A DNA stretch of 63,638 bases, filler included, from 7 parts of 7 records of this genome joined end to end with filler, not necessarily neighbours in it, one strand, 5' to 3'. Counted from the first letter of the whole stretch, positions 29,200 to 38,928 are shown. Program-made: numbers and translations. The notes: a model not told the origin generated them from the letters alone.

Positions 29200-30144
29200 A
29201 TGCCGCGCGGCAGGCAGGGAGTCGTGTCTCGTCTGCTGTGCTGTACCTTCGCATTATGTAGTTTTCTTGCACTTAACAGCTGTGAGCTTATCGACAGTGC
29301 GGCTGCCGACTCAATCATTGTGCCCTACAAACCTTCAGAGGCCGAACTCCGCGAACAATTCCCTCGTGGTATTACGCCCGCCGAATACGGCCTGAGTGCC
29401 GCGGCCAAAACGATCACTGTCAGCCCAGATATTAGCCTGCAAGCCTGGTTTATGTCTGCTGAGTCAGCGCGGGCGACTATAATTGTTTTACATGGTTTTG
29501 GTGGGGCTAAATCGCAGCAACTGGGTGCGGCCGAAATGTTGTTAAAGAGCGGCTACAATGTGGTTTTGTATGACGCGCGTGCGCATGGCAAGAGTGGCGG
29601 CAAGTATTGCACTCATGGTGTCCGCGAACGCCATGATCTTGTACAAATTATTGATTCCGCGACTCAGGTATTTGGTGCGGACCTTCCGCTAGGTTTGCTC
29701 GGGCATTCCTATGGCGGGTCCGTAGTGCTACAAACAATGGCAATTGATAAGCGGGTTGACTGTGGTGTGGTGGAGTCAACGTACTCTTCGCTACGCGCCG
29801 CTGTTAATGACTATATGGATAAAATGCCGGGTCTGGGACAGCCCTCCGTGCGACGTAATGCTTATGCGCTGGCGGCGGAACGTGCGGCGTTCGATCCGGA
29901 TTCCGCCAATAATATCTGGGCTGCACGTAAGATAAGTGTTCCGATTTTCCTCTCACACGGCACGGCAGACGAGCGCCTCGACTTTGACAATGGCGAGCGT
30001 TTGCGCGACGTCATTGCCCCGGAACTGTTAACATGGCGCCCGGTTGAGGGCGCTGGGCACAATACAGTTTGGCAATATGGCGGAGAGGCATACAAGGGCG
30101 AGATACTTGCATTTTTTGCAAAACACCTGCGTGCCGAGGAATAG
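29200..30144 (+). CDS. Alpha/beta hydrolase, probable lipoprotein
   Basis: LHGF, DARAHG, GHSYG nucleophile, HGTADER, GAGHN; possible lipobox LNSC; start ATG 29200. Confidence 0.85.
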   Translation: MPRGRQGVVSRLLCCTFALCSFLALNSCELIDSAAADSIIVPYKPSEAELREQFPRGITPAEYGLSAAAKTITVSPDISLQAWFMSAESARATIIVLHGFGGAKSQQLGAAEMLLKSGYNVVLYDARAHGKSGGKYCTHGVRERHDLVQIIDSATQVFGADLPLGLLGHSYGGSVVLQTMAIDKRVDCGVVESTYSSLRAAVNDYMDKMPGLGQPSVRRNAYALAAERAAFDPDSANNIWAARKISVPIFLSHGTADERLDFDNGERLRDVIAPELLTWRPVEGAGHNTVWQYGGEAYKGEILAFFAKHLRAEE

Positions 30145-30239
30145 AAACTACATAGGGTTTGCCGGCTGGTGCGGGCTAAAAAATGGCAAATTGTGGAAAA
30201 GTTTTTTCGGCTTGGGGTACAGGTCTATGGATTCCAGCT

Positions 30240-30320
30240 TGTTAACCGGTCAGTAGTTTCTGTTTAACGGGCGGCTTTAGGTGTTAAACGGGATGGCTGA
30301 AAATTTTGGGCATACTTTTG
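30240..30320 (+). promoter_or_regulatory. Three 10-bp direct repeats at 21-bp period plus a TAnnTTTG element
   Basis: TGTTAACCGG (30240), TGTTTAACGG (30261), TGTTAAACGG (30282); TACTTTTG at 30313-30320. Confidence 0.55.
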
Positions 30321-30324
30321 CGTG

Positions 30325-30424
30325 NNNNNNNNNNNNNNNNNNNNNNNNNNNNNNNNNNNNNNNNNNNNTTAATTAATTAANNNNNNNNNNNNNNNNNNNN
30401 NNNNNNNNNNNNNNNNNNNNNNNN
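30325..30424. other. Artificial contig linker
   Basis: N44-TTAATTAATTAA-N44. Confidence 0.99.
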
Positions 30425-30557
30425 CATCGCCATGGGGTGTCCTGCATGATCTTTAGGGGTCAGCGCCTTGCATAGCGTTTGGCTGGGCAAAGGGGAAGGC
30501 AGGTTTGCGTCTCATTGAGCGTTTCAGGGACACCAAAGGCGTTATTTAAAGCTGATA

Positions 30558-31307
30558 TCAGGGTGCAGGCGGTGTTCCGGCCTGTGTGAACCGGTCGCGA
30601 AAGTAACCTTCGACCCGTTGATAGGCCGCCTCGTGGAAATCCAACGTCAAGAGCGAGTGCCCAGTACCGGGAAATTCCACGCTTGTCAGATCCTCGCAAA
30701 AGGCGCCTTCTAAGGCGCGCATCAATCGGGCGGGGGCAAATTTATCGCCTGTATAGCGCATCGCCAACCCCGGTCCTTTTTCAGCCATGGCTTTGCGGGA
30801 TTTTTGGATATCTTTGGGGCTCATATGTAAATGATCGCCGCCCATAACAGGAAGGGCGGGCTGGCTCGCTACCCCGCCCAAAACGGCATCGTCGGCCATG
30901 AGCGTCAGGGCGAAACTTCCGGTTAGGCACATGCCGATGACCCCAACCCCAACCGCACTCTCCCGATCCCGGATGTGATGGGCAAGGGCACGTAACCAAT
31001 CGGATATTGGGCTTTGTTGTCCCCGGAGAAACATGTTGAACTCGCGACGCACACAGAAAAGATGCGCCGCATTACGTACAGGGGTGGTTTTGCCGAACGT
31101 GCCAAAAAGATGGGGCAAGTAGATACGGAACCCGGCCTGTTCAAAGCGTCGCACCAAGCCCAAGGTTTCTGGGCCGATCCCGGGCAGCTCTTGCAGGATC
31201 AGGATCGGGGGGCCGTTCCCTTTGACGTGGACATCATGACTGACCATGCCGCCAGTCGACAGCGGTGCGGCAAAAGAAAAGATCTCGTCTGGTTCCCATC
31301 CTGACAT
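30558..31307 (-). CDS. Dienelactone hydrolase family protein
   Basis: QELPG, GVIGMCLTG (Cys nucleophile), GHSLLT. Confidence 0.82.
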   Translation of the reverse strand: MSGWEPDEIFSFAAPLSTGGMVSHDVHVKGNGPPILILQELPGIGPETLGLVRRFEQAGFRIYLPHLFGTFGKTTPVRNAAHLFCVRREFNMFLRGQQSPISDWLRALAHHIRDRESAVGVGVIGMCLTGSFALTLMADDAVLGGVASQPALPVMGGDHLHMSPKDIQKSRKAMAEKGPGLAMRYTGDKFAPARLMRALEGAFCEDLTSVEFPGTGHSLLTLDFHEAAYQRVEGYFRDRFTQAGTPPAP

Positions 31308-31477
31308 GGGGCAGAACCTACCGTGATTGGGTGGTTTTATCTATTGGGTTGTTATTTATTACATTCGATAAGCGGAATTTGACCGATTGAATGTCTGCGG
31401 ATTTTTGTTAGTCGTGACGGTGTTCTGATCCAAGGGCGGCGCTTGCTTGCTGCCCTTGGAGGTATCAAAAGATCGGC

Positions 31478-32101
31478 TTACGCTGCACGTTCTGCTGCAA
31501 TTTCAGCATTTTGGAGCGGTTCGCGGGCACCTGCGCGCACAACGTCCGGGCTGTAAGGCGTGCGGTCGAAAACTTCGCGGACCATCGGGGCAAAGAACTC
31601 GATCGGCAAAGTATCATATTCTGGATCAAAAGAGGATTGATCCCACCGTTCGCAGAATTCCGCATTATCATCGAAATAGGGGTGACCTTTGTGGCGGTCC
31701 CGTTTGTTCTGGTCAAAACCCTCTAAATGCTGGCCATAATACAGCATTTGAAAATCACCGTGCGTATGTACCACCCAAGTGCATTGTTCGCGCACAAAAG
31801 GTTTCAGGATCGTGGCCGCATATTCGTCGTGATTATAGGGCGCATAAATATCGCCAATATCGTGCAGCAGCGCTGAAACGATCCAGTCGATATCTGCCCC
31901 ATCCCGATACGCCCGCGTCGCGGATTGCACCGAATGACCTAACCGGGTGATTTGATAGCCGGACAACCCTTCGTCCAGATCTACCAGCGCCTTGAGCAGT
32001 CGGTCGGCGGTGTGTTTGGTGTGGTCGATTTCATGGGCCGTCAGGAATTCGTACTCTTCCTTGGTGCCGTCCTTCATCTGGGTAAAGTTGACCTTTTCCA
32101 T
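31478..32101 (-). CDS. HD-domain protein of the PhnZ/TmpB-like diiron oxygenase group
   Basis: GHSVQ, LLHDIGD, NHD, THG, WDQ give the H/HD/H/H/D ligand set. Confidence 0.75.
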   Translation of the reverse strand: MEKVNFTQMKDGTKEEYEFLTAHEIDHTKHTADRLLKALVDLDEGLSGYQITRLGHSVQSATRAYRDGADIDWIVSALLHDIGDIYAPYNHDEYAATILKPFVREQCTWVVHTHGDFQMLYYGQHLEGFDQNKRDRHKGHPYFDDNAEFCERWDQSSFDPEYDTLPIEFFAPMVREVFDRTPYSPDVVRAGAREPLQNAEIAAERAA

Positions 32102-32118
32102 CGCGTGCGTCTTTCTTG

Positions 32119-32991
32119 TTAGCTGGCGGCTTTTTGGGCCTGGTAAAGTGAAACATCTTTTTCCGCACCCTGCGCAAGAGCTTTGGCTTGGTCCGTGCGG
32201 ATTTGTTGGTAGAGAGCGATTGCCTCTGCTGAAAACAGGCTGGCTGGTGCCGGAATATGGGTGAAATTGCCTGTTGTGTCGGTGCCACGCGCCATCAATG
32301 CATAATCACGTTCGGCGATTTCTTGACGGGCATTGGGATTGAGATACCGGATGGCGCATCCGATGCGACGTTCGTCTGAGGTGTTAGGGCCAGACCCATG
32401 GATCGTCAGCCCATGATGCAGCGACATTTGCCCGGGCTGCAATGCGATGCGGGTTTTGTCAGACTCGGCAACGTCGACCGCGATTTCTTGACCGCGCGAC
32501 AGCAAGTTGGTGTCCGAAAACGTATCGTTGTGCGGTAGGATGGGATTCTTGTGGCTGCCTGCAACAAAATCCATGCAGCCACTTTGAGGTGTTGCCGGGG
32601 ACAAGGCAATCCAGGCGGTGACCTGATCCGAGGTTTCCCCCAATCCCCAGTATGTCAGATCTTGATGCATCCCGACGACATGGCGGCTGTGAGGCTCTTT
32701 GATAAAGAATTCAGCAGACCAAACCATCAGGTCTGGGCCAAGAACTGACTCAACAGCATCTAAGACACGGGGGTCTTGCGCCAACCGCGCTGCAAGCGGC
32801 ATTACGACATGCGCGTTTACACGTTTGTAGGTTGCAAGCGGCAGAGGCAGGTGGGCGTTCAACCACTCCCTTTCGATCTCTTCAAGCTCTGCCCGGGCAG
32901 CGGCGGTTTCTTTTGGTGATAGGATATCAAGGGGGAACAGATAGCCGTCTTTCCAATATTGCGTGGTCTGGGCGTCGGTCAGCAGGGGCAT
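32119..32991 (-). CDS. PhyH-family Fe(II)/2-oxoglutarate dioxygenase
   Basis: FFIK, HQD, AWIAL, HGSGPN, RRIG. Confidence 0.88.
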   Translation of the reverse strand: MPLLTDAQTTQYWKDGYLFPLDILSPKETAAARAELEEIEREWLNAHLPLPLATYKRVNAHVVMPLAARLAQDPRVLDAVESVLGPDLMVWSAEFFIKEPHSRHVVGMHQDLTYWGLGETSDQVTAWIALSPATPQSGCMDFVAGSHKNPILPHNDTFSDTNLLSRGQEIAVDVAESDKTRIALQPGQMSLHHGLTIHGSGPNTSDERRIGCAIRYLNPNARQEIAERDYALMARGTDTTGNFTHIPAPASLFSAEAIALYQQIRTDQAKALAQGAEKDVSLYQAQKAAS

Positions 32992-33070
32992 TAAGGGCTC
33001 CGGATGTGGAATCGATGTTCGGTGAGCCTAGGCGCGGATTTCAAATGTTCAGAACGAAATGCCTTGCTGG

Positions 33071-33095
33071 TCAGGCTAAGTTTTGCTTAGCCTGA
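33071..33095. promoter_or_regulatory. LysR operator (perfect inverted repeat with T-N11-A core)
   Basis: TCAGGCTAAG-TTTTG-CTTAGCCTGA, 4 nt before the LysR ATG, between divergent genes. Confidence 0.75.
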
Positions 33096-33099
33096 TCGT

Positions 33100-33975
33100 A
33101 TGGTGACACGAGTTCCCTCTCTCAATTGGTTGCGTGTGTTCGAGGCGGCCGCCCGAACCGAAAGCTTTGCGCGTGCGGCGTCCCAGCTCAACATGTCGGC
33201 AGCTGCGGTCAGCCAACAGGTCAAGGCGTTAGAGGGGCATTTGGGAACACCCTTGTTCACGCGCCATGCCCATTCTGTTTCGCTTACTGAAGCAGGGCAG
33301 GCCTATCTTCCCACGGTTCAACAATCCTTGCTCATGCTGGAAACCGCAACCACGGGTTTGTTTGGGGAAACGCGCGAGCAGCGGTTGTATGTTCAATCGG
33401 TTTTGTTGTTTGCCCATGGGGTTCTGGCCCCCGGTATGTTGGATTTTCAATCCGCCCAGCCAAATGTGAATCTGGTGCTTAGCACCGGGAATTCAGTTAT
33501 GGATTTCGCCAATCAATTCACCGATCTGCAGATCATTTTCGGTAACCCTACGCATTATGGCGGGTCCTACGATTGGTTGATGGGCGAAGAGTTATTCCCC
33601 GTCGCGACGCCGGACATTGCCGCTCAGATCAATACACCCCAAGATTTGTTGACTTTTCCATTGATCGAGGTTGCGACCCATCGCGCAGGTTGGCCGTATG
33701 TATTTGAGCAGTTGCGCGTGTCACCGGGATCAGCGCGGTATGTGTTTGCTGACAACACAATCTTGTCGTCCGCTTTGGCAGCGCAAGGGGTTGGCATCGC
33801 GTTGGGGCGTGCGCCGGCCAGCGACCCTGTTATGCAAGGGGCGGGGCTGGTGCCCTGTCTGCCTGATACTAAGGTGCCGGGCCAAGATGCATATCACCTG
33901 ATCTATCCTGATGGGGCGGTCTTGCGACCTGCAGCGCGCGCCTTTCGCGATTGGCTGCTGGACTATCTGGGGTAA
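33100..33975 (+). CDS. LysR-family regulator (GcvA-like)
   Basis: PSLNWLRVFEAAARTESFARAASQLNMSAAAVSQQVKALE HTH. Confidence 0.92.
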   Translation: MVTRVPSLNWLRVFEAAARTESFARAASQLNMSAAAVSQQVKALEGHLGTPLFTRHAHSVSLTEAGQAYLPTVQQSLLMLETATTGLFGETREQRLYVQSVLLFAHGVLAPGMLDFQSAQPNVNLVLSTGNSVMDFANQFTDLQIIFGNPTHYGGSYDWLMGEELFPVATPDIAAQINTPQDLLTFPLIEVATHRAGWPYVFEQLRVSPGSARYVFADNTILSSALAAQGVGIALGRAPASDPVMQGAGLVPCLPDTKVPGQDAYHLIYPDGAVLRPAARAFRDWLLDYLG

Positions 33976-34087
33976 CAGGACCTTGCATCTCTTCCGTTGG
34001 GGCTCTTTGACGGGAAACTGGTGGCTCTGGCTGGACATCAGTCAAACGAAAGCTATCGTCGATCGCTAGGCCACGAGGGAGCGCGTA

Positions 34088-36385
34088 ATGGAAAAGTTCG
34101 GAAAAAGTCAGCCAGTCAAACGTGTTGAAGATACGCGGTTTTTGACTGGGCATGGGCAATATGTGGATGACATCACCCCGGTGGGTGCATTGTATGCGGC
34201 CTATTTCCGCAGCTCTGTGGCACATGCAGAGATTACCTCGCTTGATCTGGACGCCGCCAAAGAAGCGGATGGCGTGCATTTGGTTGTCACTCTGGAGGAC
34301 CTAGAGGCCGCGGGCCTTAAGGTGGCGATGGACGGCACACAGATGCAGAACCGTGATGGTACTAAGGGCGCGGGGCCGGAACGTCCAATGTTGGCGCGCA
34401 ATCGTGTGCGTTTTGTCGGGGAACCGGTGGCGATGGTGATCGCCGAAACCCCCGAACAAGCCCGCGATGCCATTGAAATGATCTGGATGGAGACAGAAGA
34501 TCTTTTGGTTAAGACGGATATGGCCGCCGGTGGCCCGGTGATCCACCCAGAAGCGCCAGATAACATGGCCTTTGATTGGGGCTTGGGTGATGAGGTCGCG
34601 ACTGAAACAGCGTTTCAGAATGCCGCCCAAACCGTCAGCCTGTCGATCCATGACAATCGGGTCATCGTCAATTCGATTGAACCGCGTGGCTGTTACGCCG
34701 AATGGGAAAACGATCGACTGCACTTGTCCTATGGCGGGCAGGGTGTCTGGGGGATGAAAGCCCAGATGGTTGATAAGCTGGGACTGGAGCCCGAGCAGGT
34801 GCGGGTGACCACGACGGATGTGGGCGGTGGGTTTGGGATGAAGGCAATGCCATATCCTGAATACTTCTCTGTCGCGCATGCGGCTCGCGTGTTGGGGCGC
34901 CCTGTGCGCTGGATGTCAGATCGCACCGAAGCGATGCTTACCGATAACCACGGGCGAGATCTAACATCTGTCGCCGAGCTGGCTTTTGACGAGGATCACC
35001 GGATAACCGCCTATCGGGTGAAAACGCTCTGTAACATGGGGGCCTATAACAGCCACTTTGCGCAGGCGATCCAAACCCAATTGTTCAGCCGGGTGCTGAT
35101 GGGTGTCTATGATGTGCAGACGACCTGGCTGCAGGTTGAGGGGTATTACACCAATACCACTCAAGTTGATGCTTATCGTGGCGCTGGGCGTCCTGAAGCG
35201 ATCTATGTGCTGGAAAGGGTGATGGATCGTGCGGCGCGGGAATTGGGTATTGATCCGTGGGAACTGCGCCGGCGTAACTTTATCAAACCCGAAAGCTTTC
35301 CCTATCTCACCGCCACCGGGGAAACCTATGACGTCGGAGATTTCGACATGATCCTGAACCGCGGCGCAGAAGAATCCGACGCACAGGGTTTTGAGGCGCG
35401 GCGCGCAAGCGATGCAAAACGAGGTCTGCTGCGGGGACAGGGGCTGTGTTACTATATCGAAAGTATTTTGGGCGATGCTTCCGAAGGTGCGAAGGTTGAG
35501 TTCCACGAGGATGGCAGCGCCAGCCTCTATGTTGGGACGCAATCGAACGGGCAGGGGCATGAAACGGTTTATGCACAGTTCCTTGCGGATCAGAGTGGTA
35601 TACCGGCAGACCGGATCACTGTGGTGCAAGGGGACAGCGATCGCATCGCACAGGGTGGTGGCACAGGCGGATCCCGTTCGGTGACAACACAAAGCAACGC
35701 GACTTTGGCCACAGTTGATGTGATCATCGCCGCATTCACGCCCTATCTTGCGGATAAGATGGGGGTTGAGGAGAGCAACGTGCGCTTTGATGACGAGACC
35801 TTTCGGGCACCGGGGTCCAATCTGACCCCAACCCTGCTGGAAGCCGCTGAAATGGCGCGGGCAGATGGCCGTCAGGATTTGCTAAGTCACGAAGCGCGCG
35901 CCACTTTGCCGGGGCGCAGTTTTCCCAATGGCGCACATGTTGCCGAAATCGTGATCGATCCTGAGACAGGTGTCGTGACTGTTGATCGATATACTGTTGT
36001 TGATGATTTTGGTAACCTTATCAACCCTATGCTGGCCGAAGGGCAAGTACACGGCGGCGTGGTGCAGGGCATAGGTCAAGCCCTATCTGAGCATGTTGTT
36101 TATGATGAAGAGGGTCAGCTGCTCACAGCAACGTTTATGGACTACGCCTTGCCCCGCGCGGCGGACGTACCCATGATTGAATTTACCTCTCAACCGGTTC
36201 CATCGACGGCCAACCCAATGGGAATGAAAGGCTGCGGTGAAGCGGGAACAGTTGGGGCGCTCGCGGCGATCGCAAACGCGGTTCAAGATGCGCTCTGGGA
36301 ACAGGGGGTGCGTCAGGCGGATATGCCGTTTACGCCTCTCAAAGTATGGGAATTGATGCAGGATGGTCTTATCGCGGCTGAGTAA
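34088..36385 (+). CDS. Xanthine-dehydrogenase-family molybdopterin large subunit (form II CoxL-like)
   Basis: KRVEDTRFLTG, VGGGFGMK, AYRGAGRPE, GQGHET, GQVHGG, KGCGEAG. Confidence 0.88.
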   Translation: MEKFGKSQPVKRVEDTRFLTGHGQYVDDITPVGALYAAYFRSSVAHAEITSLDLDAAKEADGVHLVVTLEDLEAAGLKVAMDGTQMQNRDGTKGAGPERPMLARNRVRFVGEPVAMVIAETPEQARDAIEMIWMETEDLLVKTDMAAGGPVIHPEAPDNMAFDWGLGDEVATETAFQNAAQTVSLSIHDNRVIVNSIEPRGCYAEWENDRLHLSYGGQGVWGMKAQMVDKLGLEPEQVRVTTTDVGGGFGMKAMPYPEYFSVAHAARVLGRPVRWMSDRTEAMLTDNHGRDLTSVAELAFDEDHRITAYRVKTLCNMGAYNSHFAQAIQTQLFSRVLMGVYDVQTTWLQVEGYYTNTTQVDAYRGAGRPEAIYVLERVMDRAARELGIDPWELRRRNFIKPESFPYLTATGETYDVGDFDMILNRGAEESDAQGFEARRASDAKRGLLRGQGLCYYIESILGDASEGAKVEFHEDGSASLYVGTQSNGQGHETVYAQFLADQSGIPADRITVVQGDSDRIAQGGGTGGSRSVTTQSNATLATVDVIIAAFTPYLADKMGVEESNVRFDDETFRAPGSNLTPTLLEAAEMARADGRQDLLSHEARATLPGRSFPNGAHVAEIVIDPETGVVTVDRYTVVDDFGNLINPMLAEGQVHGGVVQGIGQALSEHVVYDEEGQLLTATFMDYALPRAADVPMIEFTSQPVPSTANPMGMKGCGEAGTVGALAAIANAVQDALWEQGVRQADMPFTPLKVWELMQDGLIAAE

Positions 36386-37439
36386 AAAGGTTCTTGGATG
36401 GCTCGGGCGGCCGTTACGGTCTGAGCATTCCAATGAAACGCGGCATCGCGAACCTCAGGCGCATGTGATCATTCTGGACGGGACTATGTCCACCTTAGAA
36501 CCCGGATATGAAACCCACGCGGGGCAGGCGTATCGTCTGGCCTGCGAGATGGGCGGCAAAGTATCGGTCTTTTATGAAAGCGGCGTACAGTGGACCAGCT
36601 GGCGGCGCACCGGCGACGTGATGATGGGGCGCGGCATCAACCGCCAAATCCGACGTGCCTATGGCTATTTGGCGTCTCGCTACAAACCGGGCGACAAGAT
36701 ATTCCTAATTGGTTACTCACGTGGGGCTTACGGGGTGCGCAGCCTTGCTGGTGTGATCGATATGGTTGGGTTGCTGAAAGCAGAGCACGCCACAGTGCGA
36801 AATATCCGCCAAGCTTATCGTCACTATGAATGTAACCCACGTGGCCCCCACTCAGCGGCCTTTGCCAACGCGTATTGTCACGAAAAGGTTGAGATCGAAA
36901 TGATCGGCGTCTGGGACACGGTCAAGGCGCTGGGCATGCGTCTGCCGTTGCTCTGGCGGTGGGCCGAGGCGCGGCACGCCTTTCACAACCATCAATTGGG
37001 TCCAAGCGTGAAACATGGCTTTCATGCCTTGGCATTGGACGAAACCCGTCAGGTTTTTAGTCCGGTTCTGTGGCAGTGTGCACCGGGTTTCCAAGGGAAG
37101 GTCGAACAGGTTTGGTTCCGGGGAAGTCATGGCGATATTGGAGGGCAACTTGGCGGCTATGAAGAAGCACGCCCACTTGCGAACGCCCCTTTTGTCTGGG
37201 TTATGGCAAAGGCACAGACCTGTGGCTTGCCTTTACCCGAGGGGTGGGCGGATCGCTTTCCCGTAGATACGGCGGCACCGTCGGTCGGCACTTGGAGAGG
37301 GTGGGGTAAAATATTCTTGTTGCGGGGCAAGCGAACAATTTGCCGGGACCGCTCAGAAGCACTTCATGAAAGTGTGCCACCGGAAATTCAGACAAACAAC
37401 AACCCGAAACCTTACCTACACTCCCAGCCGACGCGATGA
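36363..37439 (+). CDS. DUF2235 (Tle1-like) alpha/beta hydrolase
   Basis: IILDGT, GYSRGA, GVWDTV, HALALDETR, WFRGSHGDIGG; overlaps 3' end of the upstream gene. Confidence 0.85.
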   Translation: MVLSRLSKKVLGWLGRPLRSEHSNETRHREPQAHVIILDGTMSTLEPGYETHAGQAYRLACEMGGKVSVFYESGVQWTSWRRTGDVMMGRGINRQIRRAYGYLASRYKPGDKIFLIGYSRGAYGVRSLAGVIDMVGLLKAEHATVRNIRQAYRHYECNPRGPHSAAFANAYCHEKVEIEMIGVWDTVKALGMRLPLLWRWAEARHAFHNHQLGPSVKHGFHALALDETRQVFSPVLWQCAPGFQGKVEQVWFRGSHGDIGGQLGGYEEARPLANAPFVWVMAKAQTCGLPLPEGWADRFPVDTAAPSVGTWRGWGKIFLLRGKRTICRDRSEALHESVPPEIQTNNNPKPYLHSQPTR

Positions 37440-37447
37440 AGAGTGCA

Positions 37448-37906
37448 TTACGTAGGTTTCAAAATCATGCAGGTCGTTGATCCTGTCGCGTATAGCTTGC
37501 CATTTTCAACACCTCTAATTTCACCACGGGAAATGCCAGTGGACCGTCCGGCGTGATCGCTGGTGCCCACGGCTTCGACCTTCATCCCTTGGGGAATGGC
37601 GCGGATGATATTCACTTTGTATTCCAGCGTCGTATAGGTGGACCCGGCAGGGAGGTTGCTCCAGACAGCACAAGCCATGCAACTGTCCAAAATGGCCCCG
37701 TACCACCCGCCATGAACGCCGCCATGTGGATTGGTTGTGTGCTCTAACGGTGTGCCATGAAACACCACCCGACCGGGTTCGGCAGCAACAGGCGCAAAAC
37801 CCAAAGTGGCGGCCAAAGGGGCGCCGGGGCTGCGACCCTCGACAATGTCTCGCATCAAATCCAACCCAGTTTTCGAGGTGTGATCAAGGTCGGCTGTATG
37901 TGTCAT
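37448..37906 (-). CDS. PaaI-family thioesterase
   Basis: NPHGGVHGGWYGAILDSCMACAV, YTTLEYKVN. Confidence 0.9.
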   Translation of the reverse strand: MTHTADLDHTSKTGLDLMRDIVEGRSPGAPLAATLGFAPVAAEPGRVVFHGTPLEHTTNPHGGVHGGWYGAILDSCMACAVWSNLPAGSTYTTLEYKVNIIRAIPQGMKVEAVGTSDHAGRSTGISRGEIRGVENGKLYATGSTTCMILKPT

Positions 37907-37961
37907 TGCGTGTCTCCCTTGGGTGGCGACACGCTAACAGGGGGGGCATTGGCAGCAAGGC

Positions 37962-38828
37962 TTACGCCACGTTCTGCAAATCAACCTTTGGGGTGACACC
38001 AAGAGCGTGACACACATCGCGGGTCAATTCAGGACGGTTCAGCGTATAAAAATGCAATTTGTCGACACCCCCCTCGATCAAATCACTGCAAAGTTCCGTG
38101 CACATTGCAGTGGCAAGCAGATCTTCTCGCCCATCGCGGACGGCTTTTTCAAACGCATCCTCGACCCACGCCGGGATGGCGGTGCCACAGCGTTTCGCAA
38201 AGTTGCGTGCGCCTTTCCAGTTTTCGATCGGTAGAATGCCGGGTGTGATCGGGGCATTTATGCCAGCCTTTTCGCAGGCATCCCGAAAGCGAAAGAACGT
38301 TTCCGCTTCAAAGAAGAACTGAGTTAAAGCTTCGCTCGCGCCCGCATCGAGTTTCGCCTTGAGCCAATCAACATCTGCCTGCCCATTGGCTGCTTCAGGG
38401 TGAATGTCGGGGTACGCACCGACGCGTATGTTGAACTCACCGGTTTTCGCCAAGGCTTCGATCAGCTCGACAGAGTTGGCAAAGCCACCAGGATGGGGCT
38501 GAAACTGTCCTGCGGTTTTGGGGGGATCGCCGCGCAGGGCCACAATATCCTTAACGCCCGCATCGGCAAAGCCACGCGCAATAGACAGAGTTTCCTCTTT
38601 GGTTGCTTGGACGCAGGTCAAATGCGCCGCCACGTTAAGGCCAGAGGAGCTGTGCAAGGTGGAAACGGCGTCTCGGGTCAGGTCACGTGTGGTTCCGCCT
38701 GCGCCATAAGTGACAGACACAAACCGTGGATCCAGCGGGGCCAGCGTTTGCACCGTGTCCCAGAGCCGAAACGACGCTGCCAAGTTTTGTGGCGGGAAGA
38801 ATTCGAAGGAAATCTCTGGGGATGTCAT
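37962..38828 (-). CDS. metF: 5,10-methylenetetrahydrofolate reductase
   Basis: SFEFFPP, SVTYGAGG, AHLTC, ALRGDPP, TQFFF, HFYTLN. Confidence 0.95.
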   Translation of the reverse strand: MTSPEISFEFFPPQNLAASFRLWDTVQTLAPLDPRFVSVTYGAGGTTRDLTRDAVSTLHSSSGLNVAAHLTCVQATKEETLSIARGFADAGVKDIVALRGDPPKTAGQFQPHPGGFANSVELIEALAKTGEFNIRVGAYPDIHPEAANGQADVDWLKAKLDAGASEALTQFFFEAETFFRFRDACEKAGINAPITPGILPIENWKGARNFAKRCGTAIPAWVEDAFEKAVRDGREDLLATAMCTELCSDLIEGGVDKLHFYTLNRPELTRDVCHALGVTPKVDLQNVA

Positions 38829-38882
38829 GTCTGCTCTCTATCACTGGCTCGGATTTCGCCCCTTGTCGCATGTGGGTGGTTG

Positions 38883-38895
38883 TGAGACAATTTCA
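38883..38895. promoter_or_regulatory. Putative MetR box
   Basis: TGAG-ACAAT-TTCA versus the TGAA-N5-TTCA consensus, between divergent metF and metR. Confidence 0.55.
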
Positions 38896-38928
38896 TAATA
38901 CTCAAGAACAATATGAGCTGAACTGTAA

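Noticed and set aside
34088-36385. True aerobic CO dehydrogenase
   Set aside because: AYRGAGR rather than AYxCSFR; no coxS/coxM or accessory genes
36363-37439. T6SS Tle1 effector
   Set aside because: No vgrG, PAAR or immunity gene adjacent; metabolic context
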